DNA from: a virus
DNA: 42,466 bases
Virus record (IMG/VR): IMGVR_UViG_3300045988_079499
Direction: 5' to 3' (one strand)
Shown in pieces: positions 18,601-26,167 of this stretch. Under the pieces are notes generated by a model. It was not told the origin of the DNA. It was given only the letters and a program-made list of their open reading frames with translations, and made no database searches. The stretch's first letter is position 1. Each line of letters opens with the position of its first letter. Position numbers and translations under genes: made by a program.

Positions 18601-20096
18601 GCTTTACCGTTTTTCCACTCATTAAAGATGTTTTTTGTTGATTCACTAAACATATCTGCGTTTTCTTCAAAACGTCCGTCTGTTAATGATATACCCATTT
18701 CTTTAATTAAATCATTTACTTTGTCTAAGTTATAGGCACCACCATCTAAACCAGCTTCAAGTAAACTAAATGTTTCCTCTGCTGTGAATCCCATTTGACC
18801 AAATAATTGAGAGTATTCCGCCATATTATCTGCTAACTCATTTGATTGATTCAATCCGTTTTGTGCGCCTGCTGTCAGTAAGTCAAAAGCTTCCTCAGCA
18901 CTAATCCCAAAGTTTTCCATCATACGTGACGCACCACGCATGGTCTCATTCACATCTGTATCAAATGTTTTACTGAATGATATTGCGTATTTAGTTAATT
19001 GTTTCAATCCTTCTGGTGTGACTTTTTTACCAGCTGTTTGATAGACCTGTGTGATAGCCTCTTGGGCTTCTTCCAATGAGTCCACCATTCCTGATTTTAC
19101 TAAATCATTGGCAAAATTTAGGAACTGTTTAGATTCACCTTTCGTAATTCCCATTTTGCCCTGAAATCTATTAGAGGCTTCCACTACTTCATTGAATGAT
19201 TCTTTCAGAGCGTCTGCTGCCTCAGTTGCCATATCTAGAGCTTTTGTTGATATGGCAACTGCTAGACCTGTAGCTAAGGCACTAAATTCTTTGGTGGCGT
19301 TTTTAAAACCAGTCTCTGCTTTGTTACCTTTTCTACCTGCTTCTTCAAGTGAGTCTCCAGCTTTATCTACTTTATCGTCTACATTAGAAGCCTCTTTTTT
19401 CAACTCAGATAGTGCAGTAGTTACTCCATCCAATCGTGTATCTGTGTTTTTTGCTGAACGTTTGAACTCTTCTAATTTAGTCTGTGCTTGTGCTACTTGT
19501 GTAGATGATTCACCAAATTCTTGAGCCATTTTGTTTATTGCTTGTTTTTGTGATTCAATGGCTTGCTCTGTTAACTCCGCTTGTTTTGTTAGTCCACGTT
19601 GTTTGGCTTCAAGCTCTCCAGCTTTATCCCCAGCTTCTTTGAATGCTTTAATTTCATCATTCATTGCCTTTTCATTGTCTTTGATTGCTGACGCGTATTT
19701 ATCCACACCAGCACTAGCTAGAATGTAAGCTTGTTTCGTTGAATCAAGCTCTTTTGATAGCTTATTGTATTTAACAGTAGCGGTGTTGATTTGAGTTGTA
19801 ACATTAGCCACTTGCTTAGATTCTTTTCCGTAGGTCTGAATATATTCTTCTCTACGTTTTTCCAACAATTGTATTTTCTTTGATTGTAATTCTGTAGTAT
19901 CAATCAATCCTTGTTGTTTGCGTGATAAGTCTTCAGCAGAGGCTCCAGCCTTATCAAATGTTGACATAGTTGCCTTCATACTTGACTCTGATTGTTTTAA
20001 GGCTTTGTTTAATTTATCTAATGTATTTAAAGACTCATCAAACCCATCAAAACCAATGCCAAATTTCATATTTCCTATAGGTCTATCTTGTGCCAT
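15612..20096 (-). CDS. Tape measure protein with a C-terminal lytic transglycosylase (SLT) domain
   Basis: 1494 aa from the ATG at 20096 (RBS aaaaggagtgaa). It has long coiled-coil and hydrophobic segments. The SLT motif is GLMQVIDPTF...YDPLSNILASIRY. Confidence 0.8.
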   Translation of the reverse strand: MAQDRPIGNMKFGIGFDGFDESLNTLDKLNKALKQSESSMKATMSTFDKAGASAEDLSRKQQGLIDTTELQSKKIQLLEKRREEYIQTYGKESKQVANVTTQINTATVKYNKLSKELDSTKQAYILASAGVDKYASAIKDNEKAMNDEIKAFKEAGDKAGELEAKQRGLTKQAELTEQAIESQKQAINKMAQEFGESSTQVAQAQTKLEEFKRSAKNTDTRLDGVTTALSELKKEASNVDDKVDKAGDSLEEAGRKGNKAETGFKNATKEFSALATGLAVAISTKALDMATEAADALKESFNEVVEASNRFQGKMGITKGESKQFLNFANDLVKSGMVDSLEEAQEAITQVYQTAGKKVTPEGLKQLTKYAISFSKTFDTDVNETMRGASRMMENFGISAEEAFDLLTAGAQNGLNQSNELADNMAEYSQLFGQMGFTAEETFSLLEAGLDGGAYNLDKVNDLIKEMGISLTDGRFEENADMFSESTKNIFNEWKNGKATQGEVVKSMMNDFANMEGGYDSLNRASTVWSALGEDNSLKVIKAMAGASTSFGETKGSAEDLNNTMTNTTAWDAFTNGVKGTVNSIAIWAQEFTGGMTQPIENFFNKTLPNAMKTLDFFFFYVENFISNLKDIIGKMWNGTDTVTDQHILNMMGFSWESIWALDDFITQVKEKGETLTQYIKGFWQLFTGDEATQMQGYSLLRSLGMSQGDIDALETAKENIKTALDSVKETIVRLLEDGLDKMIQACKDLVKIWEEVIAPDLLPLFEQFAGWLSRITGYLADISGALDNFGGSGKRNSDILINAFTILWETLKIKLGLIMATIETTMIIISSTIKIWSKIFKGDWSGAWDEIKGMYDRISESIKTNLKNTFLGDMIKSIEDWNIRTTKAFTGWITDISIKFSTWLSKMKTWFKNLPGELAEKFKSGGSKVANAFKSVFNGALKAIGKPVNGIIKGASWVLEKLGAEPLKEWDVPQYATGTPKGGHPINGPMMVNDGRGAETVITPDGRAFIPKGRNVVLNAPKGTHVLTAEETAQLQGSKAPRYRYKKGTNFFGNMWDSVKNVAGNVGNTLKNVVGDVWDFISDPGALARKVLGGLDMLGGLTKYPLEVGKGILSKATSALTEKITSLFSSGNLDTSIGTNGVYKYLADVAKSVMKKFPGFMVTSGYRPGDQYSHGKRNAIDIALPGVTGGSPKYTEAANYAFEKFASKIGYVITNGKVRDRSGQSGTGIHDDWRPWPAGDHYDHVHLNGVKDPQNTQISGDSVGGSGVERWRNVAIRALKMTGQYSAGNLNALLNQMRTESNGNPKAINLWDPNAMKGTPSKGLMQVIDPTFRAYAMPGFNSNIYDPLSNILASIRYALATYGSLTNAYRGVGYENGGIITKEHIARVGEGNKEEVVIPLTGSGLKRSRAMQLLAYANEKLNRNQSTPVSGTTSSTNSDMAQMLLLLQQQNELLMAILAKDTNVVLDGEKLNSKLQKIQSRNQLNANRDLGLV

Positions 20097-20129
20097 GCAT
20101 TTCACTCCTTTTGCTTGCTTTCTTAATCT

Positions 20130-20175
20130 ATTATAACATAAAAAGAGACACTCTAGCTGTGTGCTAAAGTGTCTC
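20130..20175 (-). terminator. Hairpin terminator (gagacact/agtgtctc) followed by an extended -10 TGTTATAAT, upstream of TMP
   Basis: The - strand reads gagacactttagcacacagctagagtgtctctttttatgttataatag. Confidence 0.55.
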
Positions 20176-20723
20176 ACCTTTTACTTTTGCTATATCTTGT
20201 GGACTCATAAATGTACCAAAGAAATCTATTGGGTCTTGCAGTTTTTCTTTTTTAGGTTTATTATCTTTTGTAAATAGTTCCATTAGTAAATTATAATCTG
20301 CGTTGTTAATTTCTGATAGAGACCATGTTCCAGACTCACTGGATAGAAGGTCAGTGTACATTTTATCCATTGCTTCAAGATGTTCCTCCCAACTTATTTC
20401 TGAGAGGTCTTTTTCTCCTTTTTTGCTGGTGCTGCTTGTCCACCACCAATAGCGTCAAATACTCCACCAAGTACTTCTTCTAGTTTGTCTGCTTCAACTC
20501 CATCAATAATGGTCTCAAAGTTTACTTCTGGATTGTCAAATACATCCGCCACCAACATTACCATCGCGTCAATTTGTTCTAATGGTGACATTTCTTCCTC
20601 TCCAGATTGTACCTTTTCCATACGTGCTTGAAACTTCATCATTTCACGCATTGAACGCACCTTAACTGATTTTTGTTTAAACTCTTTTGTTTTTCCGTCA
20701 ATTTCTAATTTTAGTGTAATCAT
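20164..20723 (-). CDS. Tail assembly chaperone gpGT fusion, made by a programmed -1 ribosomal frameshift
   Basis: The -1 frame is open from the slippery heptamer A_AAA_AAG (20418..20424) into the 68-aa ORF 20164..20370. Confidence 0.65.
20394..20723 (-). CDS. Tail assembly chaperone gpG
   Basis: Position between the major tail protein and TMP. It ends ...PAKKEKKTSQK with a slippery site. Confidence 0.7.
   Translation of the reverse strand: MITLKLEIDGKTKEFKQKSVKVRSMREMMKFQARMEKVQSGEEEMSPLEQIDAMVMLVADVFDNPEVNFETIIDGVEADKLEEVLGGVFDAIGGGQAAPAKKEKKTSQK
20418..20424 (-). other. -1 PRF slippery heptamer AAAAAAG
   Basis: gca aaa aag near the 3' end of gpG. The downstream -1 frame is open, reading GEKDLSEISWEEHLEAMDKMYTD... 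Confidence 0.65.
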
Positions 20724-20761
20724 TTTAGTTCCTCCAATGTTTTATTTATCTTTACTAGTTC

Positions 20762-20821
20762 ATTATATCATATAATCCCTCAAGTGTGTAAATAAAAAAC
20801 CTAGTCAATTAAGACTAGGTT
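20762..20821 (-). terminator. Terminator (9-bp stem aacctagtc/gactaggtt plus a T-run) followed by an extended -10 TGATATAAT, upstream of gpG
   Basis: The - strand reads aacctagtcttaattgactaggttttttattt...tatgatataatg. Confidence 0.6.
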
Positions 20822-20827
20822 TAGTGG

Positions 20828-21394
20828 TTAACCTTCTGATACATTGTTAACTTTGTTAATGAATTTTTCTAGTGTTAACTTAGTACCATCTTCCACTCCG
20901 CTCATGTAAGCAATACCGCGTGAGTCCGTTACAAATGAACCTTCAATTGTTTCTGTATTTGGTTCTGTTCCACCAGATTCAGTAGTATTCAATGCTAATT
21001 CAGGGTGTGAGAAACGTCCTTTTGTCAAACCAAGTAACATCTTCTTCCCATCTGCTGTGCTTGATACAAATACTACTGACACATAAGGTGCTTCTGTATC
21101 TTGTCCAACACTTGCAACTCCATCCTCATCACGTGTGATACCCATGATTTTTTCATATACACCGTTTTTGTAAAGATCAAATACGTTTAATGAGGCTGTT
21201 AACTCACCAACACCTTTAGCCGATACCCAAATAGGTACATTTGATGCATATACGGTTGTTTGGTCTGGTGAAATTCCTGAGATACTTGCTTCAATGGTAC
21301 CTCCGCCTGTCTTATCAATTACTAATTGTTCCACGCCAGTACCGCCTGCGTTAGGTACAGAGATAATGGCTTTTTCAAACCCTACTAATGCCAT
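20828..21394 (-). CDS. Major tail protein (phi13 family)
   Basis: 188 aa. Positional evidence, plus a typical Thr/Gly-rich composition. Confidence 0.7.
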   Translation of the reverse strand: MALVGFEKAIISVPNAGGTGVEQLVIDKTGGGTIEASISGISPDQTTVYASNVPIWVSAKGVGELTASLNVFDLYKNGVYEKIMGITRDEDGVASVGQDTEAPYVSVVFVSSTADGKKMLLGLTKGRFSHPELALNTTESGGTEPNTETIEGSFVTDSRGIAYMSGVEDGTKLTLEKFINKVNNVSEG

Positions 21395-21433
21395 ACTAAA
21401 AACTCCTTTTATTTTTATTTTCTTACTAGGTTA

Positions 21434-21442
21434 ATTATAGCA
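21434..21442 (-). promoter_or_regulatory. Extended -10 TGCTATAAT upstream of the major tail gene
   Basis: The - strand reads atatgctataatt about 45 nt upstream of the ATG at 21394. Confidence 0.4.
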
Positions 21443-21465
21443 TATTATCAACGCTTTGTGTTTGA

Positions 21466-21831
21466 TCACAACACACGTTGTGACAATACATATCGCTTAA
21501 TAATTCTACGTCCTTCTTTCAAATCTTGATCTTGCGTGTCTTCTGTGTATGCGCATTGAATGCCTTGCTCTCTCATAACTTTATCAAGTAAAAAGTAATA
21601 CTTGTTTGATTCTTGTACATCACGTACCCATACATCCACTTGAACTATTGTTGTTAGATAATTAGGTTGCTCTGAGGCATAATCTACATAGTCACCAGAC
21701 AACTCTACGATACGTCCTAGTGGATAAGGTGGGTTTACTTGTTTCTCTTCTTCTATCTGATTGACAAACCAATTTATTTCTGGAATGGATTCTTCCAATA
21801 TTTCCGCAATCATTAGAATTGGTAATTTCAT
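21466..21831 (-). CDS. Tail terminator or tail completion protein (putative)
   Basis: Gene order. Confidence 0.4.
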   Translation of the reverse strand: MKLPILMIAEILEESIPEINWFVNQIEEEKQVNPPYPLGRIVELSGDYVDYASEQPNYLTTIVQVDVWVRDVQESNKYYFLLDKVMREQGIQCAYTEDTQDQDLKEGRRIIKRYVLSQRVL

Positions 21832-22226
21832 TGTTTCATCCTCCTCATCATTTCACTTTGAATAATATCCGCAACTTTACTCTCTATATCTTTTAATGTT
21901 TTTTGTATAAAGGCTTGTGGGTCTTGTTTAATTGTTCCAAATTCTACAAAATGCGCGCGCCATGCTACTTTTTTATCAAATCCAACTTCTGACACTGGTT
22001 TTTTTGCAGTAGGTTTACTGTACACTACGTGGTCTTTCATGTGTGTTTTCGTGTCATAATCAATTGGAGTCTTAGTCTTCAGCTGTTTTGACGCATATTC
22101 TCCAGCTGCTTCTACAGATTTAATCATTGCTTTCTCAAGTTCTTTTTCTGTTTTCCCTATAGCCTTATAAGCTGAGCTAAAATCCACATAATTCTTTTTC
22201 ATGGTTAATCCTCCACTTGTTTGCAT
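21828..22226 (-). CDS. HK97 gp10-like tail-component protein
   Basis: Gene order. 132 aa. Confidence 0.45.
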   Translation of the reverse strand: MQTSGGLTMKKNYVDFSSAYKAIGKTEKELEKAMIKSVEAAGEYASKQLKTKTPIDYDTKTHMKDHVVYSKPTAKKPVSEVGFDKKVAWRAHFVEFGTIKQDPQAFIQKTLKDIESKVADIIQSEMMRRMKQ

Positions 22227-22540
22227 ACTAATGTAGTAAAGTCTCTATCAAATGAACCTTCCAGAATGTCTTCTATTCTGTATTGTTTACCTTTGAACTC
22301 AATACGATTAGATTTTGAAACCAGCTGCCCTGTATCATATCTAATAATAAAGTTTGTTGTATTAGCGAGCGTTGTTCCATAAGTATCTTGATAGTCTTTA
22401 AAATACTGCTGTTTGACGGAACACCATATTTTCCTATCTGGATTCCATGTTTCAATCCACTCAAAGAACTCGTTTCGTGAGCGTGTCTTGACTAGCAGTG
22501 TAATCCGCTGATTCAGCTTGGATGTTTTGATATTCGCCAT
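22205..22540 (-). CDS. Head closure or head-tail joining protein
   Basis: Gene order. 111 aa. Confidence 0.45.
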   Translation of the reverse strand: MANIKTSKLNQRITLLVKTRSRNEFFEWIETWNPDRKIWCSVKQQYFKDYQDTYGTTLANTTNFIIRYDTGQLVSKSNRIEFKGKQYRIEDILEGSFDRDFTTLVCKQVED

Positions 22541-22820
22541 GAGCTAACCCCCTCAATTGATGAATCATTGCCGTAATAGTAAAAGGTACTTGTTGTTGTA
22601 GTGCGTTTGTAGCTGGTACACGATTTTCATACCACAATGACACAAGCATGAATACTAGTGTGTTTGTTTTTGGGTCATCTGGTAATACAGTCACTTCAAT
22701 ACTACCTAAAATATAGAGTTGTGCTGCTCCAAGTAACATTTCTAAGTAGGTGTCATCCTCATCATAGTCAATACGCAAATTATTTTTGATTTCTTCTACT
22801 GTAAGCATTGACTTTATCAC
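22461..22820 (-). CDS. gp6-like head-tail connector protein
   Basis: Gene order. 119 aa, immediately downstream of the capsid gene. Confidence 0.5.
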   Translation of the reverse strand: MIKSMLTVEEIKNNLRIDYDEDDTYLEMLLGAAQLYILGSIEVTVLPDDPKTNTLVFMLVSLWYENRVPATNALQQQVPFTITAMIHQLRGLAHGEYQNIQAESADYTASQDTLTKRVL

Positions 22821-22884
22821 TCCTTTATCATATAATAAAAGAGAGACGAGGCATGAGCCCCACCCCTCTTCGTGAATGTTTATA

Positions 22885-24123
22885 TTATTCTCCTAGACCT
22901 TCTGAAGCTGCTGCAGCCGCTGTATCAAGAGTTAAGAATTTACCAGCTGCTGCGTCTACTTTTTTAACGTCAAAACGCATAGCTGCGGCTAGAATTTCTC
23001 CATAGTGTTGATGTTCTTGCCAACGAACTGCCATTTCATTACGGTCAAAGAATGATGTAAATCCAGCAGGATCACCCAAGAATGCTACTTTTTTATTAGG
23101 AGCTTCTGATCCAGCTAACAATTTATCAGAAAGTACAGTTACATTCAAACCAAGTAAAGATTTACCAGATTGAGCTGTAATTGAAGGTTGTAATAGGTAA
23201 CGTCCTTCATTGTCTTTCATTAAGTCTACTTCATTATAGAATGATTGAGAAACTACAAATTGTAAGTTGTATGCTGGGTCAAATTCAGTATTGATGATTG
23301 TTTTGATTTCATCCAAATTCTTAACCGTTTTAGCTGTTGCTGTTTTTAAGTTTTCAACAATTTTAGAATTTGCGGTGTTTAATGCAATGCGTTGAACATG
23401 ACGTCCAATCAATGCTCCTAAGTCCTCATCTGAATCATCTAAAGATTCACGAGAAACTGGAATTTGTCCACGATAAGTATCAACATCATACAATACATTT
23501 TCAAATTGTGGTTTGTCCAAATCTGGATTTGCTTCCAATTCTTCTACAGTGTGCATTACAGCCTCTGTTGATTTCAAAATAGGGTATTTACCAGTTGGAG
23601 TGCTTACTTTAACTGTTTGAACTAGATTTCGTAAATCCACAACTGTTTCAGGTAACATTTTTGTTTTTGTAACAATATCTTGAGGGATAATGGCGCCCAC
23701 ATCAGTTGATTTTACACCTTCTGGAAGCGCTCGCAAGTCCATTTTAGGGTTATGAGAACGTACATAATTTAAAAATCCACGAACTTCTGTTTCTGGTTGA
23801 GAGATTTCTTTTCCATCTAACACTACTTTTTCCATATTTTTTTCTTCTCCTTTTTGCTCTAATGAGCGTTTTTCTTCATCTTTTTGTTTTTTCTCTGGTT
23901 CTTTTTCTTCTTTTTTTTCTGGTTCTTGCTCTTTTGGTTCTTCTTTTTCTTCATCTTTTATTTCTTCAACGGTTTTATCTTCGTCAGGCTTTTTGTCAGA
24001 AGCTTTTTTTTCTAACTCTTCTGCGTCTTGTTTTTTAATGGCTTCAACTAAACTACGTGCTTCTTCAAATTTGCCATCTGACAATAAATCATGTGCTTTT
24101 TTGATTTGCTCTTCACGATTCAA
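22885..24123 (-). CDS. Major capsid protein (HK97 fold) with an N-terminal acidic coiled-coil (delta-like) region
   Basis: TTG start after the RBS ggagtgag. N-terminal EEK/KEE low-complexity stretch. Position after the prohead protease. Confidence 0.75.
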   Translation of the reverse strand: MNREEQIKKAHDLLSDGKFEEARSLVEAIKKQDAEELEKKASDKKPDEDKTVEEIKDEEKEEPKEQEPEKKEEKEPEKKQKDEEKRSLEQKGEEKNMEKVVLDGKEISQPETEVRGFLNYVRSHNPKMDLRALPEGVKSTDVGAIIPQDIVTKTKMLPETVVDLRNLVQTVKVSTPTGKYPILKSTEAVMHTVEELEANPDLDKPQFENVLYDVDTYRGQIPVSRESLDDSDEDLGALIGRHVQRIALNTANSKIVENLKTATAKTVKNLDEIKTIINTEFDPAYNLQFVVSQSFYNEVDLMKDNEGRYLLQPSITAQSGKSLLGLNVTVLSDKLLAGSEAPNKKVAFLGDPAGFTSFFDRNEMAVRWQEHQHYGEILAAAMRFDVKKVDAAAGKFLTLDTAAAAASEGLGE

Positions 24124-24156
24124 TCAATCTCACTCCTTCACTAGCTTTCTGTTTTA

Positions 24157-24202
24157 ATTATAGCATACATATTAGAAGTTGTGGGCTTTAAATTACAAGC
24201 CC
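24157..24202 (-). promoter_or_regulatory. Hairpin (gggctt/aagccc) followed by an extended -10 TGCTATAAT, upstream of the capsid gene
   Basis: The - strand reads gggcttgtaatttaaagccc...atgtatgctataatt. Confidence 0.4.
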
Positions 24203-24744
24203 AACAGCTCCAATTCCACTTCTAAGCGTTGTTTCTCTAATTCATTAACAGCTTCTTCTAATGAGCGTGTCGCAACTCTTACGTCTGTGTCATCGTAGGC
24301 TGGAATGGATACTAGAGAAATTTCTAATAATGAACCAATCTTGTTAATTGAACGTTTCATAATGTCTTTACCTTTTGTCCACTTGTCTTTAGCTACTGTG
24401 AAACCAAATGAGCATTGATTTAGATCACCACGTTTTACAAGTTCCATCGCGTCACGTCCATTACTTGTGTCAGGAAGTACGCAACGAAAACGTAAACCAA
24501 TATCATCTACACTCAGTTCCAGTGTTCCGCTTGATGTGCGTCCTAATAACTTACTAGAGTCGTGATCCATGAAGCAACGTACATCTGTCAAGTCTACCCC
24601 TTCTAATGCTTCTGGTGAAATTGTCTCCACAAATCCACCTAAATTACGTGATTCTTTATTAAATTTTAGTGCATATCCTTCCACTACATTATCCTCTGTC
24701 TTCTCCAGTGTCTGTAGGGCTCTGATTTCCAAGTTCTTCTTCAT
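24193..24744 (-). CDS. Prohead protease (HK97 family)
   Basis: 183 aa. Positional evidence. Confidence 0.65.
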   Translation of the reverse strand: MKKNLEIRALQTLEKTEDNVVEGYALKFNKESRNLGGFVETISPEALEGVDLTDVRCFMDHDSSKLLGRTSSGTLELSVDDIGLRFRCVLPDTSNGRDAMELVKRGDLNQCSFGFTVAKDKWTKGKDIMKRSINKIGSLLEISLVSIPAYDDTDVRVATRSLEEAVNELEKQRLEVELELLGL

Positions 24745-25894
24745 TAATATTCACATCCTGTTCTGTTTTATTTTCAGTTGTTTCTGGTGTTTGACCAAGC
24801 AAGGCTTCTCCTCCTTCAATCTCAGTAAAACCAAGATACTCACGTGCGTCATTTACCGTTAAGGCTTGTGCAAACTCAGACTTCACTCTTCCTTCTGCAA
24901 TTCTACGCAGTCTATCTTCTGTAGTATCTTGACGTAGTTTAGATAAATCTAACTCTAACTCTACTCCTAATTTTAGATTTAACTCATCACAGATAGATGA
25001 TTCGTACATCGCTATAGTACTTGCAATATAGATATCATTCTGACTGGTGTCAGATGAGTTGACCAATTCTTGACCAAACCTGCTTACTGGAATTCCTAAT
25101 ACTTTAGCAATCTGCTGGGTACTAAATTTATTGGCTTGAATTAATTTTAGTACTTCTGTATTAATTTTATTATCAGTGAACTCTTGCGAGTCATCTATCA
25201 CGATAACTCCACCGTTTCCATTTACTGCTTCAAAGTCGTCTCTAATTTGTTTCTTAGCACTGTTGTTGACTGTACCATTTAATAATTTAAGAATACCTCC
25301 AGAGAAGACACCTTTTGAAAAGAAATTATTTAGTACTTTTAACCCATTAGTTTGTAGTGATATTTCATCATTTAATGATAGTAGTGGTGAGCGTCCTAGC
25401 CAGCCATCTGTGGTACTTAATTTGAAGTGCAGAATATCCCGTGGGTCACACTTGTACATAATATTCCCATATGGCATGTTAACCTCATATCTATATACTC
25501 CTGTGACAAGGTCTCTAATGACATTAACCTGTTGTGTTTCTACAAACTCTAGCTCTTTCACACTACCATCATTGTTTCTATGAATGAGAACATATGCGTT
25601 TCCTGTTAAAATAAGGTTTGAAACCACTGCATACATCATTGTATAGTGTGATTGATTTGCCTTTGGCTCTTTATTTAACAAGTGTAATAAGCTTTGATCC
25701 ACTGAGGTGGTAGCTGCTGGTTTAAATTGACTCTGAGCAATATCCCCAGCAATAATGTTAACCCCAGTATAAATATCTGAGTTTGTCAACGCTTTGAGAC
25801 CTGTGAAATTGGTAGTGTAAGCTGTTCCAGTATTGATATAATCAATAAATTGTTGCTCTGTCACTGGGTTTCCGTTGTTTATGAATAATCCCAT
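24689..25894 (-). CDS. Portal protein (HK97 family)
   Basis: 401 aa. Downstream of terL. The C-terminus is acidic. Confidence 0.75.
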   Translation of the reverse strand: MGLFINNGNPVTEQQFIDYINTGTAYTTNFTGLKALTNSDIYTGVNIIAGDIAQSQFKPAATTSVDQSLLHLLNKEPKANQSHYTMMYAVVSNLILTGNAYVLIHRNNDGSVKELEFVETQQVNVIRDLVTGVYRYEVNMPYGNIMYKCDPRDILHFKLSTTDGWLGRSPLLSLNDEISLQTNGLKVLNNFFSKGVFSGGILKLLNGTVNNSAKKQIRDDFEAVNGNGGVIVIDDSQEFTDNKINTEVLKLIQANKFSTQQIAKVLGIPVSRFGQELVNSSDTSQNDIYIASTIAMYESSICDELNLKLGVELELDLSKLRQDTTEDRLRRIAEGRVKSEFAQALTVNDAREYLGFTEIEGGEALLGQTPETTENKTEQDVNINEEELGNQSPTDTGEDRG

Positions 25895-25897
25895 GTA

Positions 25898-26074
25898 TTA
25901 TGACCTCCCTTCTCCTGAATTGGTGGCTTCATGATATAAAACAATCGTTGGTATCATGAATAAAATACCACAGGTGAATAAACCTATGATATTTGATACT
26001 AAAAATGCTGATAAAGCGATAAATACTGTGCTAATTATATACAAAACAGCTACAATAACCGCAACAAATTTCAT
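25898..26074 (-). CDS. Small hydrophobic membrane protein (58 aa), not in the ORF track
   Basis: RBS aaaaggagcgtgaaaacATG. MKFVAVIVAVLYIISTVFIALSAFLVSNIIGLFTCGILFMIPTIVLYHEATNSGEGRS. Its stop is 3 nt before the portal ATG. Confidence 0.5.
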   Translation of the reverse strand: MKFVAVIVAVLYIISTVFIALSAFLVSNIIGLFTCGILFMIPTIVLYHEATNSGEGRS

Positions 26075-26108
26075 GTTTTCACGCTCCTTTTGCGATATTT
26101 CTAACTCT

Positions 26109-26156
26109 ATTTTAACACAAAATAGACGAAAAGGGTATGCTGTTTAAACATACCCT
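26109..26156 (-). terminator. Hairpin terminator after terL (8-bp stem agggtatg/cataccct) followed by a TGTTAAAAT element
   Basis: The - strand reads agggtatgtttaaacagcataccctttt. Confidence 0.45.
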
Positions 26157-26167
26157 CAGTTGTTGTA

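Noticed and set aside
16268-19728. Several + strand ORFs (61..199 aa) inside the TMP gene, and similar + strand ORFs inside Dit, RBP, portal and terL
   Set aside because: Antisense to long, well-supported structural genes. They have low-complexity composition and no RBS.
22821-22884. Terminator between the capsid and connector genes
   Set aside because: Only a 3-bp stem (ggc-atga-gcc) could be found. The genes are probably co-transcribed.
24124-24192. Strong terminator between the prohead protease and capsid genes
   Set aside because: The hairpin gggctt/aagccc is short and has no T-run. It is treated only as a weak structure next to a putative extended -10.
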